Below, piece by piece: positions 47,414 through 57,496 of a DNA stretch of 64,000 bases. Position 1 is the stretch's first letter. The number at the start of each line of letters is the position of its first letter. A model generated the notes under the pieces. It made no database searches, had not been told where the DNA came from, and saw only the letters and a program-made list of their open reading frames with translations. The stretch lies in the NCBI GenBank assembly GCA_963727895.1, contig CAVSHT010000004.1, positions 352,001 to 416,000 on the forward strand, written 5' to 3'. A program made the position numbers and the translations under genes. The stretch comes from an uncultured Methanosarcinaceae archaeon (GTDB taxonomy: Archaea; Halobacteriota; Methanosarcinia; Methanosarcinales; Methanosarcinaceae).

Positions 47414-48353
47414 TACGTTTCCTCCGTATTTAATCTTGGGTTGAATTTGATCTGAAAATACCAACAATCGAAACCTAATAGAATTTTAGGGAATTTCTAT
47501 GGGTTTTAGAGAACTAATGTTTTTTATTCAATAAACATTACTTTTTTTTATCTTATTAGGTTACATTTGATCTAATGGTACTTACAATCGAAATCAACTA
47601 GTTAATTTTTGCATATAAACATACTTATTTTTAGGATCTTAAATAAAAATCAAAAAGCGAGTTTAAAGCTTTATAACACTTGATCTTCAAAATAGGTAGA
47701 TTCTAATAATAATAATAATTTTTTAACCCTCATCACATATCCGTTTAAAATTGAGTTTAAGACATTTGAGACGAGAGATCCCTTCTATGTCTTCCGACAG
47801 TCCTTTATATCCACTCCTACCACACATGTGAAGTTTTTTCCTGTAGAACTAAGCTATTAAAGTCTTTTATTCCACTAAAAGGAGAGAGGTGTATTATATC
47901 TAGAAAAGAAGGCCGTAATCTTCACAAAAAATAATGTACTTTAGGAATTTGGATTTATCAAATAACCAGGGTATTTCATATGCTTTGCCCCGACTATTTC
48001 TACAGAGCAACGTTTGTAATTCATAGAACTCTTGATTAAGATAAAAACCGTTATCATAAGCGTCAATGACTTAAGCATAATTTATAGATGCAGGAATATT
48101 ATTTGCCCAAGACTAAACCTTATTGCTAGAGCTATCAAAAAAAGAGTAATGAGAATACGCTAAATATCCTTAAACTGGGCCATGAAACTTAGGCAGGGAC
48201 AGAAACAAGTAATAAACTTAAAACATCTTATACAACCTCTCATAGAATACAGTTTTGAAACTTTTACTGATTTTATAAGAAGCTTAGTTTTTGAACGAAT
48301 ACAATAAGTAAATAAGTTCTAAAATCTATTACTCTATTAACAGAGGTGAACAT

Positions 48354-48404
48354 ATGGCTTGTAAACCAAAGGGCGACGCCAAGAAACCAAAACCAAAGAA
48401 GTAA
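48354..48404 (+). CDS. candidate 16-aa basic micropeptide MACKPKGDAKKPKPKK
   Basis: GAGGTGA RBS just upstream of ATG; TATA-like element upstream; T-rich tract downstream. Confidence 0.45.
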   Translation: MACKPKGDAKKPKPKK

Positions 48405-48567
48405 TTATAAAATGGAGTCTTCATGACATCCTTCCCATTTTAAAGTGTTCCTATTTTATTTTCTTTTTTTGGGAGAAATTTAATTATGTTCTAATTGTGA
48501 CGTTCTTAGAGTAAAATTCAGCTGCATTATTTCCACGTACCTAATACGCCTATTGATATCAAGACTA

Positions 48568-48927
48568 TTATTCATTGACCCAAGCCTTTGCTTTGTCAAA
48601 TTCACTATTACTGAAAACTTTCACTTGGACAGGAATAATGAATTTAAATAGATTAACAGAATCATTTATCCAGTGAACATCGGAAACAACTGCAACTTTT
48701 TCAAATGAAAGTGTATGCCGCGAGACTTTCGCATCTTCTAAGTAAGCATCGAGTGCATAATGTGGAAAGCCCGTTTTCAATTGATAGAGCATGCGAATCT
48801 TCTTGTGTCTTTGCAGTTTGTCTTTCATTGCAGGAATTAGTACAGTGTCGGAGTCTTCTCCTGTTATTGTTCCGCTACCAATAATACCCAGAACATTATT
48901 TGGCAAGCCTTGAATTAGTTCCATCAT
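48568..48927 (-). CDS. STAS/SEC14 (SpoIIAA-like) domain protein
   Basis: G.IT.ED..VLIP, FEKVAVVSDVHW, AKAWV. Confidence 0.85.
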   Translation of the reverse strand: MMELIQGLPNNVLGIIGSGTITGEDSDTVLIPAMKDKLQRHKKIRMLYQLKTGFPHYALDAYLEDAKVSRHTLSFEKVAVVSDVHWINDSVNLFKFIIPVQVKVFSNSEFDKAKAWVNE

Positions 48928-49352
48928 AATATTTTTCCCCAAAACGAATTTTAAATTGTTTGAATAATATGCACAAACAAATGAAAGTACTTTTCTGAAC
49001 CTTATATGTGTAATGAGACTAAAAGGATATTCACAGGCTGAATCTTTACTTCCAGTCCTGCTAACCAACAAACACTCCGATGTGTGGGTAACAACACATC
49101 GGGCAGACTGGCTACTGTACGATATGTAGAGCCGCTGTAGCTGGTTTTGGGGATATGATTGGAGTAATTGTGCCGGTTTGGTAAATATCCTTGAGCCAGA
49201 GGATTACAGAAGTAGCAATATTGCCACGCAGAGGATAAAATATCCCTGATTCTGAGTAAGGAAGGACATAATCAAAATTTGCCACTTTATCGCAGACTTA
49301 ACTAAATTATAAAAAAATAAATGTAAGATAATAATTCTGTTTTATAGTACTT

Positions 49353-50579
49353 ATGGAAGAAATGGAAGAAATACAGTTAAGGGTTGAAATAGCATTTCCT
49401 GTTGACCTTGGAAAAGGAATTATCCGACTTGATCCCACAACCTTGAGAAAACTTCAGCTCTCGATAGGCGACACCGTGGAAATAAAGGGTAAGAAAAAGA
49501 CCACGGCAAAAGTTTGGAGAGCTGATAGATATGAGTGGAATAAGTATTTTGTGAGAATTGATAACTTCATCCAGCAAAACGCAGGTGTTTCCATAGGAGA
49601 GAAAGTAACCATCAAAAAGGTTGAGGCCCCTGAAGCGAAAAAACTCTTTCTGGCACTTCCGGAAAGTATAATGCAGGGAGGCCCGGAACTTCAGTTTGGT
49701 GAACATGCAAATGAAATTATAAAGCAACATATTCTCAAAAGACCAGTTTTCATGGGAGACATCATTCCTATAATAAATTCAATGTCTCAGTCAATGACAG
49801 AATCTCTGACTACAAGTCAGGTAATTCCTCTAGTTGCCGTCGAGACTGATCCCTCAAATACTATAGTCAAAGTTTCCGAAGAAACTATAATAGAGCTTTC
49901 ACATAAAACAGTTAAACCAGTCAAATCTCCTGAAGAAACTGCAATAGAACTTACAAATGAGATAGTTCAATTTCCTGAAAAAAAGAAAAAATCAGTATTT
50001 AAATCTACAATTAACTATGCAAATCAAATATTAAAATCATTTAATTTAGCTATCATAAGTGACGAAGTCACAGGAGAACTAAATTTATGTGAAACCGAGG
50101 ATACGTTTATTTCAGCTACTAAAAATGTGCAAAAGAAAATTACATTTTCACCTTCTGTTTTTGAAATTCCTAAAAAACCTAATGTGCCCAACTGCGTATC
50201 TGTAATGATGCCTTTTTCAATCGAATTTGATGATGTATATGAATGTATAAAAGATGTCTGTTATGAAGTTGGAATGTCTTGCCATAGAGCAGATGATTTT
50301 TGGCATCATAGTGCGATAATTTAGGATATATTTGAACTGATTTTCCGATCATCTATTGTTGTTGTAGATTTTACTGGTAAGAATTCAAACGTTTTCTATG
50401 AAGCAGGAATCGCACATGCTCTAGGAAAGACTGTGCTCCCAATTACCCAAAATGATGAGGATATACCTTTTGATTTGAGACATCATAGATATATTTTGTA
50501 CCACAATGATAGAGAAGGATTGAAGAAATTAAAAAGAGATCTTGTTTCAAAATTAAATTTCGAGAACAATAGAGAGTAA
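49353..50579 (+). CDS. Cdc48 N-terminal domain fused to a nucleoside 2-deoxyribosyltransferase/TIR-like domain; in-frame TAG at 50322-50324
   Basis: N-terminus IIRLDP..LQLS.GD.VEI.GKK.T.AKVWRAD..RID...NAGVSIGEKV; C-terminus VMMPF..RADD..VVDFTGKNSNVFYEAGIAHALGK..IPFDLRH; frame stays open 84 codons past the TAG. Confidence 0.8.
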
Positions 50580-50656
50580 CTCTACTTTAAGATCATAGGT
50601 TGGTTTAATAGTTAGATTTGAACGGTTCTAAAAATTATTTTGTGTGTGGCGACTAA

Positions 50657-50785
50657 GAGCTTATCCGAAAAGTCAGTAATGCATGTTGAAGTCACAATAG
50701 GTCTATAATATCAAAGTATCCGTTCCGATTTTGTATATTGCATATTGTAAAAGTTATAGCATTTGACTACTTTTCGGATAGGCTC
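50657..50785. mobile_element. 129-bp MITE (IS5-type)
   Basis: 17-bp IR GAGC(T/C)TATCCGAAAAGT with one mismatch; TAA direct repeat on both sides. Confidence 0.8.
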
Positions 50786-50813
50786 TAAGCATTTAATTCT
50801 ATGCGGTGAAAAC

Positions 50814-51099
50814 ATGTTTGAAAGCATAAATATCAAAGGTTTTCGTGGTTTTGCAGATAAACAAGAGCTAAAACTCGCAAAACCTCATGAAAATAACAGA
50901 GGATCGGGTCTTACGGTAATTGTTGGTCCCAATAATGGTGGGAAATCAACAATTATTGAATCTTTTAAGTTAATGTCCTCAGGGATAGATATCGACTTTA
51001 CAGAAGACCAAAGGAATAAATCAAAAGACGATGGTGTTGAAATAGTACTATCATCCGATGATGAAAGTCAAACGCACACTCTGAAAACGATTTATGCTG
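50814..51099 (+). pseudogene. ABC/AAA_15-type ATPase N-terminus, truncated and fused to IS1
   Basis: I.IKGFRGF, LTVIVGPNNGGKSTIIE Walker A. Confidence 0.8.
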
Positions 51100-51707
51100 G
51101 TGGCTATAACTATACAGTAGAGCTAAAATCAACTGCTTTTTCCGCTTCTGTAAAAAGACAGGCTTTACAACTTTATCTTGAAGGATTGGGCTTTCGCTCA
51201 ATAGGACGAGTTTTAGGGGTAAGTCATGTTTCTGTCCAAAAATTGATAAAGAAATTTGGTCAAGAGTGAGAGAACCTAAAAAGTGAAAATGAGATATCTA
51301 TTGTTGAAATGGATGAGATGCACACTTACATCGGTAACAAAAAAAATATTGCTGGATCTGGATTGCTGTTGATAGAGTTGGGAAAAAGTTCATCAACTGC
51401 TCTTTTGGTAGCAGAGGAACATAAACTGGAAAACTACTCTGGGAAAAATTGAAGAAAAAAGAGATTGGAGAAGTGATGACCGATCACTGGAGGGCATATG
51501 CAGAGGTTCTTCCAGAAAAGATCCATACTCAATCAAAAGCAGAAACGTATACTGTTGAAGGATATAACAGCATATTGAAGCACTTTTTGGCAAGATTGAG
51601 AAGAAAGACAAAGTGTTATACGAAGAGTCTTGAAATGCTAAAGTACTAGGTTATTCTATTGATGAAATAAAGAAAGAAAGAGTTAACTATGTTTAGTTAA
51701 CAATACC
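51100..51707 (+). mobile_element. IS1 element lacking its left end
   Basis: matches the 44520 copy from GYNYTVELK to the right IR. Confidence 0.9.
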
Positions 51708-52164
51708 CTTTTTTTTCTGTATTAGATATTAAGTTTGCTTCCAATATCTCCGGGAACTCCGATAATATTTAAGCTTCACAACAAAATATGTAAGTTTTTC
51801 AACAAAATAAAAGTCAAATATAAATAAAATTATTAAGTCCGCACTTTCCAACAGTTTAACATCGAAGCATATACTTTATAAAAATAAATGTAAAGGATTG
51901 AAAATAGTAATTGAAATCTAGTAAAAAATAATAAAATTAGTAAAGCTGTACAGGCTCAATTTCATATTTTGAGTTGTTTTTGAATTCCCAGTTGCCAGCA
52001 AAGTAGAAATGCTCAGTTCCGCCTACAGCTGTGCGATAATTTGAAGTAGTCACCTTATGGTTAATAAATGAATCTTTCTCGAATATCAATAGTCTATAAA
52101 GTTATTCTAGTGTCCAGTATAAATAACATAATATATAATAACAAGGAATGCATTTACTGGTTGC

Positions 52165-52614
52165 ATGAAACCACAAATTGGACAATGTTCAGAAAACGAT
52201 TATCTTGGGATCAAAAAACACTTAATTGATATAAAAAATTCTCTTGAATCAAGGTGTGTTTCTAGAAAACAATGCTTTACGTATACTATTCTCCTTTTTA
52301 TCCTTGCGGGCATTTTTGAAATTGGCGGAGGATACTTTATATGGATATGGTTGCGAGAAGCGGGAGGTTTGCAATTTGCATTTTTAGGAGCAATCGTCTT
52401 ATTTTTATATGGGATCGTACCGACTTTTCAACCAGCAGATTTCCATAGAATATATGCAACTTATGGGGGGATTTTTGTTGTTATGTCTATTTTATGGGGT
52501 TGGGTGTTCGACAAAACTGCTCCAGATAAATATGATCTAATAGGTGCCTTGATAATTCTTGTTGGGGTATCGATTATATACTACTGGCCCAGGAAGGATG
52601 AAGTAAATGAATGA
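52165..52614 (+). CDS. YnfA/UPF0060 small membrane protein
   Basis: FEIGGGY, YG.VPT, RIYATYGG, PDKYD. Confidence 0.88.
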   Translation: MKPQIGQCSENDYLGIKKHLIDIKNSLESRCVSRKQCFTYTILLFILAGIFEIGGGYFIWIWLREAGGLQFAFLGAIVLFLYGIVPTFQPADFHRIYATYGGIFVVMSILWGWVFDKTAPDKYDLIGALIILVGVSIIYYWPRKDEVNE

Positions 52615-52808
52615 TTTAGTTTTTTCTCTTAGGTGCCTTGATAATTCTTGTTGGGGTATCGATTATATACTACTGGCCCAGGAAGGATGAAGTAAATGAA
52701 TGATTTAGTTTTTTCTCTTAGGTGCCTTGATAATTCTTGTTGGGGTATCGATTATATACTACTGGCCCAGGAAGGATGAAGTAAATGAATGATTTAGTTT
52801 TTTCTCTT
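52541..52808 (+). repeat. 89-bp tandem triplication spanning the junction of the two YnfA genes
   Basis: identical units start at 52541, 52630 and 52719. Confidence 0.95.
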
Positions 52809-53114
52809 GGTCTTTTCTTCTTAGCTGCTTTATTTGAAATTGGAGGTGGTTATTTAGTCTGGCTATGGTTAAGGGAAGATAAAAAAATTGCTTTTGGTGT
52901 ACTTGGAGGATTAACATTAGCAATTTATGGAATCATCCCCACATTCCAGCACGCTAATTTTGGTAGGGTTTATGCTGCATATGGAGGAATTTTTATAATT
53001 TCATCTCTTATTTGGGGTGCACTTATCGATAAAAAACATCCTGATAAATTTGAAATAATTGGAGCTTTCATTGCACTTGTAGGAGTTTTTATTATGTATT
53101 ATACTCCACGATAA
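52785..53114 (+). CDS. YnfA/UPF0060 small membrane protein
   Basis: FEIGGGYLVW, FGRVYAAYGG. Confidence 0.9.
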   Translation: MNDLVFSLGLFFLAALFEIGGGYLVWLWLREDKKIAFGVLGGLTLAIYGIIPTFQHANFGRVYAAYGGIFIISSLIWGALIDKKHPDKFEIIGAFIALVGVFIMYYTPR

Positions 53115-53543
53115 TGGATTATAATGCTTATTTTTGAATACACTAACCGAAAACGTGTATAGTTCTTCTTTTTTATTTTAATTTTAAATATATCTTTTAA
53201 TTTATTAGCTCAATTTGTATCATATGATTATTGCAATAACATTAGTCAATTTTTTAGAACAAATCATAAAGGTCTTCAGGCCAGTCATCTATCCCCTCTC
53301 ACCCACGTGGAGCCTCTCTGGAGCCAGTTAGCTCCTCTATAGCGGGCTTGCTGGCTCCAGTAGCCATAATTGTTCAAGCCAAGGGGATATTTGGCTTAGC
53401 CAAGGTACGAAGGCTCGCTTCCAAAATATCCTTGAAACGGCTGGCCGGCGGAGCTTAGCCAGGGCTGGGTCGGAGTTATTCTAAATATGTAGGAAGCAAT
53501 ATTTCATTCAGGCAAAACTTAATCAAAAATTTGCTCATATGAC

Positions 53544-53673
53544 CTAAGGAAAAATAGATTTGAGTATTTAAACACCTAAGGACACCTAAGGAAAAATCTT
53601 TATAAAAATAATTTATTATAAGTATGTATAGACATTATATATTATATTTCCTTAGTTTCCTTAGTTTCCTTAG
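53544..53673. repeat. iteron-like CTAAGGA array (3 direct and 3 inverted) around an AT-rich core
   Basis: CTAAGGA at 53544, 53576, 53586; TCCTTAG at 53649, 53658, 53667. Confidence 0.65.
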
Positions 53674-53684
53674 CTAAAAAATAG

Positions 53685-54422
53685 GGCATTGGTACATAAA
53701 AATAGATATATATGCTTATAACATATATTTCTTCAAACTGCCCCAGATGCAATAGTTCTAATTACAAAAATAATGGTATAGTTGGCGGGCGTCAACGGTA
53801 CAAATGCTCTGATTGTGGCTATAACTATACAGTAGAGCTAAAATCAACTGCTTTTTCCGCTTCTGTAAAAAGACAGGCTTTACAATTCTATCTTGAAGGA
53901 TTGGGCTTTCGTTCAATAGGAAGAGTTTTAGGGGTAAGTCATGTTTCTGTCCAAAGATGGATAAATAAATTTGGTCCGGAGTTAGAGGCTCTAAAAAGTG
54001 AAAATGAGATATCTATTGTTGAAATGGATGAGATGCATACTTACATCGGTAACAAAAAAAATATTGCTGGATCTGGATTGCTGTTGATAGAGTTGGGAAA
54101 AAGTTCATCAACTGCTCTTTTGGTAGCAGAGGAACATAAACTGGAAAACTACTCTGGGAAAAATTGAAGAAAAAAGAGATTGGAGAAGTGATGACCGATC
54201 ACTGGAGAGCATATGCAGAGTTTCTTCCAGAAAAGATCCATACTCAATCAAAAGCAGAAACGTATACTGTTGAAGGATATAACAGCATATTGAAGCACTT
54301 TTTGGCAAGATTGAGAAGAAAGACAAAGTGTTATACGAAGAGTCTTGAAATGCTAAAGTACTAGGTTATTCTATTGATGAAATAAAGAAAGAAAGAACTA
54401 GATATAGTTAAGTAACAATGCC
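53685..54422 (+). mobile_element. IS1-family element, degenerate
   Basis: GGCATTGG...CAATGCC termini; insA ATG lost, insB stop. Confidence 0.92.
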
Positions 54423-54499
54423 TCATTATCAAAAGCAAACTGAGCATAAGTATTTTCGGTGACTAAAGCCAATAAAAGGCAAAGCATATCGATATAAAC

Positions 54500-55356
54500 G
54501 GTTCCGTTGCAAAAAATATCTGCTAAGGATATAATTAAAATAAAAATGAAATCAAAGATAGTGATATGCTATCTAATTCCTTTAAATGGAAGCACTTTGT
54601 AGGTGAAATTATTTTATTGAATGTTAGATGGTACTTAAAATACCCACTTAGTTATAGAAATTTAAAGGAAATGATGGCAGAAAGAGGGATAATAGTCAAC
54701 CATACAACCATTATGAGATGGGTACATCAATATTCACCTGAAATCGAAAAGAAGGTCAGAAGGCATTTAAGACCAACAAACGACTCTTGGAGAGTTGATG
54801 AAACTTATATCAGAGTTAAAGGTGAATGGAAATATTTTTACCGAGCAGTTGACTCAAATGGAGATACAATTGATTTCATGTTAAGTGCAAAACGAAATAA
54901 AAAAGCAGCAAAACGTTTCTTTAAGAAAGCTTTGAACTCTAATCATAATCAAATTCCAAGAGTAATCACAGTTGACAAAAATCCAGCTTATCCACCTGCT
55001 ATAGATAAACTGAAAAATGATAAAATACTACCTATAAACGTAGGCATTCGACAAATCAAATATTTGAATAACATTATAGAACAGGATCATAGATCCATTA
55101 AACGAATAGTTAATCCAATGTTAGGATTTCAGTCTTTTCATACAGCCATTAAAACTTTAAAAGGAATTGAAGCTATGAATATGATTAAAAAAGAACAAGT
55201 CAAGAATCTAAATTACTCTGGTCTTAATGAAGCTAAATATATTAATCAATTATTTGGAATAGTTCTATAATATTGACATATCTTTTTGAATATTTTAACT
55301 TTTATTCATTATTCATAGATTTACAGGCTTATTCTAAGATTTTTTGCAACGGAACC
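54500..55356 (+). mobile_element. IS6-family element copy 5 (transposase 54566-55270)
   Basis: same IRs and length. Confidence 0.97.
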
Positions 55357-55868
55357 ATTTTTTATACTGTAAAAATATGCATGAAAATTTTGTACTCTCA
55401 TTTTTGGGGCAAAAATGGAGAAAAATTCTCCCGATGCTGATTTGTTGGGCAATAAATGGGAATAATTGGGCATATTTGGGAATATTTGGGAGTTAATTCT
55501 GTTTTTGAAAATAGAGACTTAAAAGAGCTTTAATTCAGTATAAAAAAGATACTAATTCATACATAGAGAAATGAAAAATGATAAAAATTTAATAAAGTAA
55601 GGATTTAAACCCCTACTTCTCTTGCAATTGTTATAAAGTCTCTGTTGCTTTCGAAAAGCTGCCATGGTTCAACACTTCCTTAACTCCTAAATATCTAAAA
55701 AATAGTATGATTCTTTATAGATATAATTGCCGATTTATGTATGAGTCATTAGAAGTATTCAATTGGGGTTAATAGGTTTATTTTCGTTTGTGACTTGCGT
55801 GAGAACAAGACGTGTTAAGCGGGTCATAAGCAAAAAGAATAATTAAAAAGGAGAAAAAAGGAATAAAA

Positions 55869-56111
55869 TTATCTGCGTTTTACTGTTTTCTGTGCTGATT
55901 TTTGAGCGGCTTTTTGTGCTGCAAGCTCAGCTTTAACCTTTGGTGCCTTCTTCGCGCCTTGTTCTTTTTGTGACCTAATTTTATCAAGAATCGAGGTCTT
56001 TTCCGATGACGGGGTTCTCATTTTCTTTCTATTTGCATCATCCCTAGCTTTTTTAGATTTCTTTTTGATTTCAGTTTTTTCTTTGCCTAAAATCTTTTTC
56101 AGTATGCCCAT
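55869..56111 (-). CDS. small Lys/Ala-rich basic protein (paralog of 45403-45657)
   Basis: alignable over the full length. Confidence 0.75.
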   Translation of the reverse strand: MGILKKILGKEKTEIKKKSKKARDDANRKKMRTPSSEKTSILDKIRSQKEQGAKKAPKVKAELAAQKAAQKSAQKTVKRR

Positions 56112-56639
56112 TTTCTAAACCTTCTTTGCTTCCTTATATACCTATTTTCATTAATTGGCGCATTTTCTAAGAACGTGTTTTAAAACTCATTCTCACAGAG
56201 TTTTATCTTATCTAGTCTTCTAATTCTTTTTCTTATCATAGCAGCACAAGTTAAAGGTTTGCTTTTGCATATATGCCTCCTAAATATTCAAACATCTCCG
56301 CGAATGATAATCTGAAAACATATATAGTCTATTTTGTTAATACAAAAATCAATAGAGGTTGCAAAGGGCAATCAATGAAATATTCGATGAAAACTCAAAA
56401 ATTCTACTGAAATCAAAAAAGTGTGAACAATAACCTTGAATCGATATGTTAACCTAGTATATACAAAAAACAAATCGATAGCATTATGCTTATGCAGGGG
56501 TCAAATCGATAAGCTTGCAGGGGTAACAATAAAAAATAAGGTTCAATCGGCTTATGCAGGGGTCGGGTGACACTGCGCTTACCCCTGCAATAGGGTAAGC
56601 ATAGCGAAAAATCGACTTTATGCAGGGTTCGCTCAACAC

Positions 56640-57496
56640 GGTTCCGTTGCAAAAAATCTTAGAATAAGCCTGTAAATCTATGAATAATGAATAAAAGTTA
56701 AAATATTCAAAAAGATATGTCAATATTATAGAACTATTCCAAATAATTGATTAATATATTTAGCTTCATTAAAGCCAGAGTAATTTAAGTTCTTGATTTG
56801 TCCTTTTTTAATCATATTCATAGCTTCAATTCCTTTTAAAGTTTTAATGGCTGTATGAAAAGACTGAAATCCTAACATTGGATTAACTATTCGTTTAATG
56901 GATCTATGATCCTGTTCTATAATGTTATTCAAATATTTGATTTGTCGAATGCCTACGTTTATAGGTAGTATTTTATCATTTTTCAGTTTATCTATAGCAG
57001 GTGGATAAGCTGGATTTTTGTCAACTGTGATTACTCTTGGAATTTGATTATGATTAGAGTTCAAAGCTTTCTTAAAGAAACGTTTTGCTGCTTTTTTATT
57101 TCGTTTTGCACTTAACATGAAATCAATTGTATCTCCATTTGAGTCAACTGCTCGGTAAAAATATTTCCATTCACCTTTAACTCTGATATAAGTTTCATCA
57201 ACTCTCCAAGAGTCGTTTGTTGGTCTTAAATGCCTTCTGACCTTCTTTTCGATTTCAGGTGAATATTGATGTACCCATCTCATAATGGTTGTATGGTTGA
57301 CTATTATCCCTCTTTCTGCCATCATTTCCTTTAAACTTCTATAACTAAGTGGGTATTTTAAGTACCATCTAACATTCAATAAAATAATTTCACCAACAAA
57401 GTGCTTCCATTTAAAGGAATTAGATAGCATATCACTATCTTTGATTTCATTTTTATTTTAATTATATCCTTAGCAGATATTTTTTGCAACGGAACC
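56640..57496 (-). mobile_element. IS6-family element copy 6 (transposase 56726-57430)
   Basis: same IRs and length. Confidence 0.97.

Noticed and set aside
49353..50324. Housekeeping cdc48 gene
   Set aside because: No Walker A/B AAA modules; the C-terminus is an unrelated domain
51960..52160. Guanidine-type riboswitch upstream of the YnfA pair
   Set aside because: No recognisable conserved riboswitch motifs
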